Source of the DNA: Isurus oxyrinchus
Lineage: Eukaryota
NCBI GenBank assembly: GCA_026770705.1
Contig: JANJGN010000009.1
Location: forward strand, 164,176,001-164,240,000
Reading direction: 5' to 3'
Length of the DNA: 64,000 nt
This document shows, piece by piece, positions 50,274 to 62,199 of this stretch. Position 1 is the stretch's first letter; each line of letters opens with the position of its first letter. The translations under genes and the position numbers were made by a program. The notes below the pieces were generated by a model. The model made no database searches and was not told the origin of the DNA. It saw nothing but the letters and a program-made list of their open reading frames with translations.

Positions 50274-53200
50274 AAAAAACAAAAATACAAACAAAAAACT
50301 GCGGATGCTGGAAATCCAAAACAAAAAGTAAGAAATACCTGGAAAAACTCAGCAGGTCTGGCAGCATCGGCGGAGAAGAGCACAGTTGATGTTTCGAGTC
50401 CTGATGACCCTTCAACAGAACTAAGTAAAAAGAAGAGAGGGGTGAAATATAAGCTTGTCTAAGGGGTGGGGGTGGGGGTGCGGGTGGTGAGAGAAGGGGA
50501 GAGGTGGTTGTTGGGACAAGCAAGCAGTGATAGGAGGAGATAACCAAAAGATGTCACAGACAAAAGAACAAAGAGGTGTTGAAGGTGGTGATATTATCTA
50601 AAAGAATGTGGTAATTAAGAACGTATAGCAAGACAAGCAAGGTACAGATAGGTCATGTGGGGGTGGGGTGAAATAAGACTAAAAGGGCATAAAATGTATA
50701 GATAAATGATCAGTGGAATACATTAAAAATATTGCAAATAGGTGGGAAAAGAAAAATCTATATAAATTATTGGAAAAAAGAAAAAGGATGGGGAAGAAAT
50801 GGAAAGAGGGTGGGGATGGAGGAGGGAGTTCAAGATCTAAAATTGTTGATCTCAATATTCAGTCCGGAAGGCTATAAGGTGCCTAGTCGGAAGATGAGGT
50901 GCTGTTCCTCCAGTTTGCGTTGAGCTTCACTGGAACATTGCAGCAAGCCAAGGACAGACATGTGGGCAAGAGAGCAGGGTGGAGTGTTAAAATGGCAAGC
51001 GACAGGGAGGTTTGGGTCATTCTCTGCAGACAGACCGCAGGTGTTCTGCAAAACAATCACCCAGTCTGCATTTGGTCTTTCCAATGTAGAGGAAACTGCA
51101 TTGGGAGCAACGAATGCAGTAGACTAAGTTGGGGGAAATGCAAGCGAAATGCTGCTTCACTTGAAAGGAGCGTTTGGGCCCTTGGACGGTGAGGAGAGAG
51201 GAATTGAAGGGGCAGGTGTTGCACCTTTTGCGTGGGCATGGGGAGTTGCCATAGGTGGGGGTTGAGGAGTAGAGGGTGATGGAGGAGTGGACCAGAGTGT
51301 CCCAGAGGGAACGATCCCTATGGAATGCCACCGGGGGGGTGAAAGGAAGATGTGTTTGGTGGTGGCATCATGCTGGAGTTGGCGGAAATGGTGGAGGATG
51401 ATCCTTTGAATGTGGAGGCTGGTGGGGTGATAAGTGAGGACAAGGGGGACCCTATCATGTTTCTGGGAGGGAGGAGAAGGCGTGAGGGTGGATGCGCGGT
51501 AGATGGGCCGGACACGGTTGAGAGCCCTGTCAACGACCGTGGGTGGAAAACCTCAGTTAAGGAAGAAGGAGGACATCTCAGAGGAACTGTTTTTGAAGGT
51601 AGCATCATCGGAACAGATGCGACGGAGGCAAAGGAACTGGGAGAATGGGAAAGTGTCCTTACAGGAAGCGGGGTGTGAGGAGCTGTAGTCGAGGTAGCTG
51701 TGGGAGTCGGTAGGCTTGTAATGGATATTGGTGGACAGTCTATCACCAGAGATTGAGACACAGAGGTCAAGGAAGGGAAGGGAAGTGTCAGAGATGGACC
51801 ATTTGAAAATGATGGAGGGGTGGAGATTGGAAGCAAAATTAATAAATTTTTCCAGGTCCAAACGAGAGCATGAAGCGGCACCGAAGTAATCATCAATGTA
51901 CCGGAGAAAGAGTTGTGGGAGTGGGCCGGAATAGGACTGGAACAAGGAATGTTCCACATACCCCATAAAGGGACAGGGGCTCATGTGGGTACCCTTAGTC
52001 ACACCTTTTATTTGGAGGAAGTGAGAGGAGTTGAAGGAGAAATTGTTCAGCGTGAGAACAAGTTCAGCCAGATGGAGGAGAGTAGTGGTGGATGGGGATT
52101 GTTCGGGCCTCTGTTCGAGGAAAAAGCTAAGGGCCCTCAGACCATCCTGGTGGGGGATGGAGGTGTAGAGGGATTGGACGTCCATGGTGAAGAGGAAACA
52201 GTTGGGGGCAGGGAACTGGAAATTGTTGATGTGACGTAAGGTGTCAGAGGAATCACGGATGTAGGTGGGAAGGGACTGGACAAGGGCAGAGAAAAAGGAT
52301 TCAAGATAACGAGAAATGAGTTCCGTGGGGCAGGAACAGGCTGACACGATCAGTCTGCCGGGACAGTTCTGTTTGTGGATTTTGGGTAGGAGGTAGAAGC
52401 GGGCCGTCCGAGGTTGGGCGACTATCAGGTTGGAAGCTGTGGGAGGAAGATCCCCAGAGGGGATGAGGTCAGTGACAGTCCTGGAAACAATGGCTTGATG
52501 TTCAGTGATGGGGTCATGGTCCATGGAGAGGTCAGAGGAAGTGTCTGCGAATTGACGCTCAGCCTCTGTGAGGTAGAGGCCAGTGCGCCAGACAACAACA
52601 GCACCACCCTTGACAGCGGGTTTGATGACAATGTTGGGGTTGGATCTGAGGGAACGGAGTGCAGTAAGTCACAAAACAACTGTTTGCTGAAATGCTAAAC
52701 AAAGATAAATATTGAGATAAAAGCAAAGAACTGCGGATGCTGGAAATGCAAACCAAAGACAGAAATAGAAATATCTGGAAAAACTCAGCAGGTCTGGCAG
52801 CATCGGTAGAGAAGAGCACAGTTGATGTTTCGAGTCCTCATGACCCTTCAACAGAACTAAGTAACAATAGGAAAGGGGTGAAATATAAGCTGGTTTAAGA
52901 GGAAGGTGGGTGCGTTGTTGGGACAAGAAGCCAGTAATAGGTGGAGATAACCAAAAGATGTCACAGACAAAAGAACAAAGAGGTGTTGAAGGTGGTGATA
53001 TTTTCTAAAGGAATGTGCTAATTAAGGGTAGAAAGCAGGACAAACAAGGTACAGATAGACCTAGTGGGGGTGGGGTGGGGTGAAGGAATACTAAAAATTC
53101 TAAAAATTAGAGATTAACAGTGGATGGAAATACATTTAAAAATAATGGAAATAGTTGGGAAAAGAAAACTCTATATAAACTATTGGAAAAAACAAAAAGT

Positions 53201-55705
53201 GGAGGAAGAAACGGAAAGGGGATGGAGATGGCGGTTGGGGCCAGGGAACTGGAAATTGTTGATGTGACATAAGGTGTCAGAGGAATCACGGATGTAGGTG
53301 GGAAGGGACTGGACAAGGGGAGAGCGAAGGGAGTCAAGAAGAGAATTGAGTTCCGTGGGGCAGGAAGAGGCTGACACGATCAGTCTGCCGGGACAGTCCT
53401 GTTTGTGGATTTTGGGTAGGAGGTAGAAGCGGGCTGTCCGAGGTTGGGAGACTATCAGGTTGGAAGCTGTGGGAGGAAGATCTCCAGAGGAGATGAGGTC
53501 AGTGACAGATCTGGAAACAATGGCTTGATGTTCAGTGGTGGGGTCATGGTCCAGGGAGAGGTAGGAGGAAGTGTCTGCGAGTTGACGCTCAGCCTCCACA
53601 AGGTAGACGTCAGTGCGCCAGACAACAACTGCACCACCCTTGTCAGCGGGTTTGATGGCAATGTTGGGGTTAGGCCTGAGAGAATGGAGTGCAGTATGTT
53701 CAGAGAGAGACAGGTTAGAATGGGTGAGAGGAGCAGAGAAATTGAGACGACTAATGTCACGCCGACAGTTCTCAATGAAAAGATCAAGAGAAGGTAAGAA
53801 TCCAGAGGGAGGGGTCCAGGTGGAGGGAGAATATTGGAGGTGGGTAAAAGGATCCGTTGAATGGGGAGAGGACTCCTGCCCAAAGAAGTGAGCCCGGAGA
53901 CGAAGACGGTGGAAGAAGAGTTCAGCATCATGCCGAGCCCGAAATTCATTGAGGTGAGGACGTAAGGATATGAAACTAAGTCCTTTGCTGAGCACTGAAC
54001 GTTCAGCATCAGAGAGGGGAAGGTCAGGGTGTATAGTGAATACCCGACCGGGGCTGGGATTGGAAGATGGGGTGGGGACAGAGGGACAGGCAGGGTTGGA
54101 GGGTCCTGGATGTGTGTTGGTATCACTGAGTTGTTGCAGCTTGCGTTCCTTAGCACTTGAGAGAAAGAGAAAAGGTTTCTTGTTGAGGCGACGGATGAGA
54201 CGAAGAATAGAATGAAACTGGGGGCACGGGCAGCTTTGGAAAGGGGTACGGCGATGCTGCTGGAGGGAGAGGTCGAATGTGTTCATATGGCAGCGCATGG
54301 CACTGAGTGTGGATCTCAGAATGCAACGGGAACAGTATTCCGAGGAATGTTGTATGTCCCAGAGATACCTGTAATCCTGGGTTGGTTCGAATCCGATGGA
54401 ATTTCAGTTGAGATCCACATGGGGTAAGTCGGAGACGGAGACAGTCACTGAGAAAGGAAATATGGCTGTGAAAGCGGGTTTTAGTAAACACCTTGTCAAA
54501 CACCAGGAGAGAAATGGAAAGCAATGAAGGTAAATAAGGCAAAAGAGAGATATGAAAATCCTGACGGAGAGTAGTACAAAACTTCTTTAAGGTAGGGATG
54601 TCTTGAAGAGAAGTGGCAGTCAATTAAACACGGATAAAAGCAAAAAACTGCGGATGCTGGAAATTCAAAACAAAAACAGAAACATAAATAGCTGGAAAAA
54701 CTCAGCAGGTCTGGCAGCATCAGCGGAAAGAGCACAGTTGATGTTTCGAGTCCTCATGACCCATCAACAGAACTAAGTAAAAATAGGAGAGGGGTGAAAT
54801 ATAAGCTGGTCTAAGGGGTGGGGGTGGGTGGTGGTGGAGGGAGAAGTTGTTGGGACAAGCAAGCAGTGATAGGAGGAGATAACCAAAAGATGTCACAGAC
54901 AAATGAACAAAGAGGTGTTGAAGGTGGCGATATTATCCAAAAGATTGTGCTAATTAAGGATGGGTAGCAGGACAAGCAAGGTACATGGTGGCATCATGCT
55001 GCAGTTGGAGGCGGAAATGGCGAAGAATGATCCTTTAGTGCGGAGGCTGGTGGAGTGATAAGTGAGGACAAGGGAGACCTCTTCATGTTTCTGGTAGACT
55101 TGCTGCCTTCTTCCAGTGAAGCTCAATGCAAACCGGAGGAACAGCACGTCATCTTCCGACTAGGCACTTTAGAGCCATTGGGACTGAATATTAAGTTCAA
55201 CAATTTTAGATCATAAACTCCCTCCTCCATCCCCACCCCCTTTCTGTTTCTTCCCCCTCCTTTTTCCTTTTTCCAATACTTTATATAGATTTTTCTTTTC
55301 CCACCTATTTCCATTATTTTTAATGTATTCCACCGATCATTTATCTATACCTTTTAAGCCCTTTAAGTCTTATTTCACCCCACCCTCCACTAGAGCTATC
55401 TGTACCTTGATTGTCCTGCTATCCATTCTTAATTAGCACATTCTTTTAGATGATGTCACCACATTCAACACCTCTTTGTTCTTTTGTCTGTGACATCTTT
55501 GGGTTATCGCCTCCTATCACCGCTTGCTTGTCCCAACAACTACCGCCGACTTCTCTCTCCACCGCCCCCCCCGCCCCCCGACCCATTAGACCAGCTTATA
55601 TTTCACCCCTTTCCTATTTTTACTTCGTTCTGTTGAAGGGTCATAAGGACTCTAAATGTCAACTGTGCTCTTCTCTGCCGATGCTGCCAGACCTGCTGAG
55701 TTTTT
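50274..55705 (-). mobile_element. Penelope-like retroelement array (RT plus GIY-YIG endonuclease) with tandem and inverted pseudo-LTRs; present only in copy B
   Basis: RT FTMDVQSLYTSIPH..FLRYIDD (51553-52524, and N-terminal part 53180-54298); GIY-YIG NLVYCIRC...LYIGKTK.RLGDCFAEH (50872-51331); four pLTR copies; candidate TSD CCAGGTTGG(A/G)GAGT at 50260 and 55706. Confidence 0.93.
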
Positions 55706-56086
55706 CCAGGTTGGGGAGTTCTGGGTGAGGGTTTGAAGGAGCCAGCCTGTATCCTTTAAAGCTGCTCCCAAAATCACACAACCCAGGAACGCAGTTGGGA
55801 ATCCCAGAATTAGGACACACCCGCCATTTTTAAAGGGCTCCTGAATCAACCCAAGTTGGTGAAATCCAGGCGGTCACTTTGGTCTGAAGGCTGCACAAAG
55901 CACAGGGTAGAGGTCCTGGACTGAGACACCTGCCTTTATCTTGTACAGAAAGTGTTCACATGTGAGTGACATGAACATTGCTCATCAAAACAAGGAGCGA
56001 TAGGCAGGGAGACATTCTTTGGAGTTTATTGACAATAATGAACAGTATGTACAAGTGATTAACACCCGTGCCCAGGACGTGCAACT

Positions 56087-56225
56087 GGCCTAAATAGCCA
56101 AGTGGTTATGGTACTGGGTTTGTAACCCCAAGATCAGGAATTCAAATCTCACAATGGCAAAATATGAAACAATGTAACTTGATCTGAATAGGAACAGATG
56201 GAAATGTGTTTGTACTCAAAAGAGT
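56087..56225 (+). mobile_element. tRNA-headed (Thr-TGT-like) short SINE or tRNA pseudogene
   Basis: A box TAGCCAAGTGG, anticodon arm tggg-tttgtaa-ccc with TGT in the loop, B-box-like GAATTCAAATC; acceptor stem does not pair well; followed by a tail ending AAAAGAG. Confidence 0.7.
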
Positions 56226-56239
56226 TACATTTCCTCAAC

Positions 56240-56426
56240 TCTCGACGCCTTCCGTGCTCAGTGGGGACTGGGGTGCTTTATTGACCCCTTTTAGCACTTT
56301 TTGGTTTAAAGTTGTAAGTTTCCTTTAAACTTCGTTCTTGGTTTTACAGCTGACCTAAATTAGGGGCTGTCCCTTATTTATCCTAATTTTGTAAATTTAG
56401 TTTAATTGTTTTGACTCTATAAGAGT
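56240..56426 (+). mobile_element. Tx1-type 3' end, stacked unit 2
   Basis: Similar to 57063-57259; bounded by target repeats at 56226 and 56427. Confidence 0.85.
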
Positions 56427-56440
56427 TACATCTCCTCAAC

Positions 56441-57259
56441 CCCCGTAATATGAGCCGCCTCGGGGACATGTCCTCTGTGCCATTTGGCACAGCAAAGAGG
56501 AGCTTTTTGTATGGACTGCTGCTGCACATCTTCCATTTTCTCGCCCTTGTCCGCCGCCTGGATATGCCCTGGCATGCCTTGTTGCCTTCCGGCAGCGGAG
56601 GCCCCCGATGGGAGGCCCTCTGAGGAGGTGTCCTCCCCCTTTCTATTGGGGACCTGGGTTCGAGGGTGTTGCATGCAGCAGTCCCCTATAATAGGAGAAT
56701 TCATAGGTTCACGGACTCCCAAGACACATGCCCTTTTCGTGGTCTTGTGGAGTCCGTGGACCATGCATACATAGGGTGTGGTAGGTTGCACTCCCTTTTC
56801 AGTTACTTGATGAACCTTTTGTTAATGTTTTGTTTGCACTTCAGCCCCACGCTCCTGATCTATGGACACCCGGTGCGGAAGGGGGTCGGAAAGGAGGAGG
56901 ACCTCCTCGTGAACCTGCTCCTGGGCCTGGCCAAGTTGGCCATTAACAGGTCCAGGCAGCAGGCGATCGAAGGGGGAGTCCCGCCCAATTATTTATCCCT
57001 CTTCCGCGGCTACGGTCGCAGCCGGATGTCCCTGGAAAGGGAGCATGCGGTGTCTGCCGGCACTCTCGAACCCTTCCGTGCTCGGTGGGCACCGCGGGGA
57101 CTGGGGTGTTTTGTTGACCTCTTTTATCACATTTTGGTTTAAAGTTGTAAGTTTCCTTCAAACTTTGTTCTTGGTTTTACAGCTGACCTGAATTAGGGGC
57201 TGTGCCTGATTTATCCCAATTTTGTTAATTTAGTTTAATTGCTTTGACTCTATAAGAGT
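56441..57259 (+). mobile_element. Tx1-clade non-LTR retrotransposon, ORF2 C-terminal fragment plus 3' UTR, stacked unit 3
   Basis: LSIGDLGSRVLHAA..TCPFRGLVESVDHAYIGC..LLLGLAKLAI (decayed CCHC knuckle and L1/Tx1 C-terminus), ORF 56666-57142. Confidence 0.85.
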
Positions 57260-57273
57260 TACATCTCCTCAAC

Positions 57274-57470
57274 TCTCGAGACCTTCTGTGCTCGATGGGT
57301 GACCACGGGGGTTGGGGTGCTTTATCCAGCCTCTTAATCACATTTTGGTTTGATGTTGTAAGTTTCCTTTAAATCATGTCTTTGGTTTTGCAGTGACCCT
57401 AACTTAGGGGCTGCGTTTTATTTTGTTCCTCATTTTGTTAATTTAGTTTATTTGTTTGGCTTTAAAAGAG
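57274..57470 (+). mobile_element. Tx1-type 3' end, stacked unit 4 (closest to 20020-20236)
   Basis: Shares diagnostic sequence with the copy A insertion; bounded by target repeats at 57260 and 57472. Confidence 0.85.
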
Positions 57471-59016
57471 CTACATCTTCTCAACTTTCCTAATCCTCCC
57501 GCTACATCTTGGTGCTCCGCAGACATCCAGAGTGGAAGTAAAGACAGTCTGCTGACTGCTATGCTCTGTCTGTGATAATTTTGGCGGGCGTCCTCTGGAG
57601 GCCTGAGGCCTGGAGGGCCCCGGCTTCCTTTCGAGGTCCTGCTGTGTGGCATTAGCACCCTCCTTGGCCTGTGGACCTAGAGCTGTCAAGGTCACAGTAA
57701 GAGGGGAGTTACCAGGATGAATGGCCCCGGAGGGTACACATGTTGATCCTTCTCGCTATTGGCTGAATTAGCGAGCAGCAGGGGTAGCTGGAGTGAGATT
57801 GAGCTGCCCGCACCCCTCTCTCATACACACTGTCAGGGGCCAACTATACATCAGCAATGGAGTTCAGCCCCACAGCAGTGTAGGAACGGTGCCCTGGACC
57901 AACATCTCCAAGGCACCTACGATCCTACCAGTGTTGACCTTGGTGCATTGACATGCCAGCGCTATCACCTCAGAGTGCAGGTGGATGGATTCCTCCATAT
58001 TAACTGAAAATTTTATTTAAAAAGAGAGAAGGTCACCATCTAATCCTTTATTAACTGTGTTTAATTGTATGCAGTGGTAGCATTAAATAGATGTCTTCAG
58101 GTCTGGGCCTTGTACACACTGTCTCCTGGGAGTTCTGACCAGCTACCCTGCTGTCTTCAGGGAGATCTGGCCAACCATCCTGCTGTGTTCTGGGAGATCT
58201 AAGCAGCTACCCCCTCACATAGGCTTCAGTATTCCCTTAAATGTGTTTCTTCTCTTTCATCTCTCTTTGTTGCAACCAGTCTGAAAAGAAATGCTTTTCT
58301 TCAAAGGATTGATTAAATCAATCTTTACCTCTTAGACTTGTAAAAACAAACTTACTCTATGTTTATGTCACGTCCTTACACCTTTTTACAACCTGCATAT
58401 ATCTCCCTTTGAACTAAAACAACACAATTCAAACTATTTCTGTTATTGCTTCATGTACAAATCTGTTGTAGTTCTTTTTTGTTTATTAACATATCAAAAC
58501 CACTCCAAATTGTTGACTTTTGACCCTATCCACTGATGAGGCAGTCCATGTCATGGAACCATAACCTTAAATCTGGAGATAGGCTCGTCAGGGATGTCAG
58601 GAATCACTTCTTCACGCAAAGTATAGCGGAAATCAGGAACACTCTCCTCAAAAAAGCTCTTGAACTTAAATGAAAATTTCAAAACTGATTGACAGATTTT
58701 ATCTGGTAGCAATATTCGGGTTATGGGACCCCGGTAGGTAAATGGACAGAAGATACTGGTCAGTTGGGATTTAATTGAATTGTGGAACAGGCTGAAGGGG
58801 CTGCATGTCCGAATCCCTTTTCCATGTTCTGGAGCCCCAGTTAATTTTTCAGTGGTCTGGGCCTTGTGAGGAACAATGTGCTGTGAAACAAGCTCACAAA
58901 CAGTTAGCATTTCAAAGAGACACTTTCCAATCACCAGGCAAACTGTGACCTGTGTTGTTTCAGAGTACAGTTTGTGACAGTGAAAGCAGTGAAGGCCTGC
59001 CAAACCTCATTAAAAT

Positions 59017-59156
59017 CAAGTTCTGTCGAAGGGTCATGAGGACTCGAAACGTCAACTCTTTTCTTCTCCATCGATGCTGCCAGACCTGCTGAGTTTTTCC
59101 AGGTAATTCTGTTTTTGTTTTGGATTTCCAGCATCCGCAGTTTTCTTTGTTTTTAT
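59017..59156 (+). mobile_element. 140-bp Penelope pLTR-derived insertion unique to copy B
   Basis: 11-bp TSD CTCATTAAAAT (59006, 59157); empty site at about 23434 in copy A. Confidence 0.9.
59019..59057 (+). ncRNA. Minimal type I hammerhead ribozyme-like motif with variant core
   Basis: AGUU-CUGUCGA-A-GGGUC-AUGAG-GACUC-GAAA-CG-UC-AACU: stem I AGUU/AACU, stem II GGGUC/GACUC, minimal stem III; activity untested. Confidence 0.6.
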
Positions 59157-60627
59157 CTCATTAAAATGTTGGTGAAAGTGTCACTTTTCTCTGGCTAATC
59201 CCTTGACCAAAGAGGGAATTTTAATTCCCCTCCCCCATCCTGCATCGTGTTGAGGCATGATGGGATTTGCTGGATCCAGAACCTTCTCCAGCACGGCTTG
59301 TGATCCAGGAGACACACGAAAGCTTCGCCCCCCCACCCCCAGGCAAATGTTTTATACAATTTCTCCCTCCCCATGATTGGCCAATCCTGCCCCAAGCAGC
59401 AAAGTCACCCTGACTCCCTCCTCGCTGTTGTGCTCCGAGGCAACATTCCCACCAATTTCCAAACTTTTACCATAACCTTCCTACTTGGAAACCAGCCAAA
59501 CATTCAATCAGTGTGCAAGAATTCTGGTGAGATTTTGCTGTTAAATTCGGCACAAACTCAACATTCCTGGTATTTCCAGCTTTCTCACCACCCCACACAC
59601 AGTCCCCCCTCTCGTCTCCACGTACCAGGGTTGAAGTGTTCTATCGCAGCATGCAGAGAACCAGAGCCAATCACATTTACATTCTTATCCAAAGCTACAA
59701 AACATGTAACCGATATCTGACAACATTTTGCCCTCATTTTACCCTTTGCTTTTCTAAGATTCTCTCCAACCAATTCACATTCAACTCACAAACAATGAAG
59801 TAGCATTGGAGGCTCACTACCAGCTACGAAGAGATATTGTTCACCATCATATTCATGTTAACATACTCTCAGTATCATAGCTGCTGTTCTGATCTGGAGA
59901 CCTGATATGTTCTGATATAATGGCTGAAAGGGTAACTCAGGCCTCTAAGAGGATGGAGAGATATGGGGATGGATTTTTAAAAAGTATGGTGTCAGGATTA
60001 GAGATGGGTGGGTGTGAAATTTGACACCGCTGGTCTCCATGCCAATTTACTGTTACAATCCCAAGCCCGAAACATTTAGAAAGCAGGCGGCTTGCAGTCA
60101 AGTGGTGGGCAGCTAACTTAGGAAATAACATTTACCAAAGGGGCCAATTAAAGACCCATTCCTGCGCCCACTGGGATTTCATTCAGCAATGCAAGCAGAC
60201 CACATTACCCCTTCAGGATCATGGCCCGGCAGCTGCCGGGTTTTGAAACATAAAATAAACTTACCTGGACTTTCCCCTTGCTGTCTCCATGCTCAGGTCA
60301 GCAACTCCCACCTCACCTGGTGAGGCCCTCTAGCATCAGGAGCCCGCCCTCTGTCCCTGATTGGAAGGTGAGCCAGTTCCAGTCTTTTGATTGGCAAGAA
60401 CATTGAAAATTGCAGTGGGCATGCCTAAAGAATGGTGAATGGTGTCAGGACCTGAAACAATCTCCCATGTCCAGTTCCCAAACCCAAATTTAACATCCAC
60501 CCCATAGAGTGGTAGATGTGTTGGTGAGATTCCAACATGGCAGAGCCTGGCTGAGATGAAGTGCAAAGTTTGAAGAGTATTTGATTATTAAATGTTCAGT
60601 ATCTGAATGTTTCTTTCTTTCCAACAG

Positions 60628-60957
60628 AACCCGTGTCTGTTCCTGTGCTTAGATTTTCATCACCAGCAAATGTCTCATGTTCTGGGGGTTCAGTGTCCGT
60701 CTCCTGTGAGTCTGTCCAGGGATCCCTTCCCATTCAGTACACATGGTATGAAAAGAACCTGTCTGAAGATTCAAAGATCTCTGACACCAATAAACTGGAT
60801 CTACATTGTCAATCCTTCAAACAGCAACATCATCAACATTACTGCACAGCCTCGAATAATCAGGGAGTAAAATCCAGTGACACTGTCACTGTTAACTCAA
60901 CACTCATGAATGTAACAACGAAAAGCTACAGTTATGTGATACAAATTGGAAATATTG
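60628..60957 (+). CDS. CD300/pIgR-like receptor copy B, exon 3 (Ig C2-like domain)
   Basis: Paralog of 24905-25234 with intact frame and splice sites. Confidence 0.95.
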
Positions 60958-62199
60958 GTAAGTGTTACTTTCTACAAACAACGTGGCGAATGAATGTTTT
61001 AAATTCATGTCTATCCAAACTGGTCACTGTTTCAGTTCCTTCAGTTTATCTGAGAAATTGCAACTGGCCAAATTCACTCTCTCTGGTTCCTCAAACATTC
61101 TGAACAAGGTCACTAAGTTGCATTTTTCATGAAAAATGGACAGGATCAGAAAATATCCCCAAAACATGCAAAAATATTGCCGAATCTCCAATAAACCCAT
61201 CGAATCAAAATAGCATTTGATTGACAGAGCTTTCATAAAGCAATTTGTCTATTTCCAGCAGATGGAATTGTGAAATGCAACCTCCAACTGTTGTGTCCTA
61301 GTTTGGGAAGGATATCACTGATAGAATAGAGAAGAATTGAATTAAAATGAACCCTTGGATGAGAGGTTTTAGTCATGAGGAAAGTATCATCACAACTGAG
61401 GTGAATGACCAGCTGGAGGACGTGGAAATTGTTAGAAATTTGGATAAGGTAACTCTAACTATTTCCACTAGTCAGTGAGTCAGCAACAAGAGAGCATTAA
61501 CTTTAAAATTATCACTAAAAGGACAAAGGGAGAAATTTGGAGAATTTTATTGATGCAAACTGTTTTTAGGACATGGAATGCCCAACTGAAATAAGTTTAC
61601 AAACAAATTTAATAATAGATTTTAAAAGGGAAACAAATGTATGAGGGTGTGGGAAAAGGACAATGAAATGGAATTAAATGAGGAGATCATTCAGAGAACC
61701 AGCATTCGAGTGATGGGCTGAATTCCCTCCCCTGTGTTGTAAAAATTCCATCATTCCAGTCAAAATCTCAAATTATCCTGTATAAAAAATTAACTATTCG
61801 CTCCCCATAAAACAATGACCCTGGTTCTGAAACAAGGATGACTTTAGCCTATTTGAATGTAGCGGTTCAATTTTCTGCAGAGTGGGTGCAGCATGTTCAC
61901 CGAGAAACACCAACATGGGCACAAAACAAAGAGAATCACATTTTCACCTGAGCAGCAGGAGACAGGAATTTACATATGCAAATATATTGACTCTGGTCAT
62001 GTGGTCTCTTGCCTCAGTCGTCAGGGAAGAAGGGTGGAATTTTACACCCCCATTGCGGCAGGGACTGGGCTGTAAAATGCAGCCAGCCATTCTAAACTCC
62101 ATGCACTCCAGCAGGACCATAAAATCCCACTGTCACAAGGCTCAGACCAAAGGCTGTCAGCAGCAGGTAGAAATTACACCTGTAAACTGTGTTTGTACT

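Larger units (their letters stand above)
55872..57998 (-). mobile_element. Harbinger Myb/SANT 3' fragment (paralog of 19794-20781) interrupted by stacked insertions
   Basis: Sequence similarity on both sides of 56087-57470. Confidence 0.85.

Noticed and set aside
56087-56160. Functional tRNA-Thr gene
   Set aside because: Acceptor and T stems pair poorly, it has a retroposon-type tail, and it is absent from the paralogous site.
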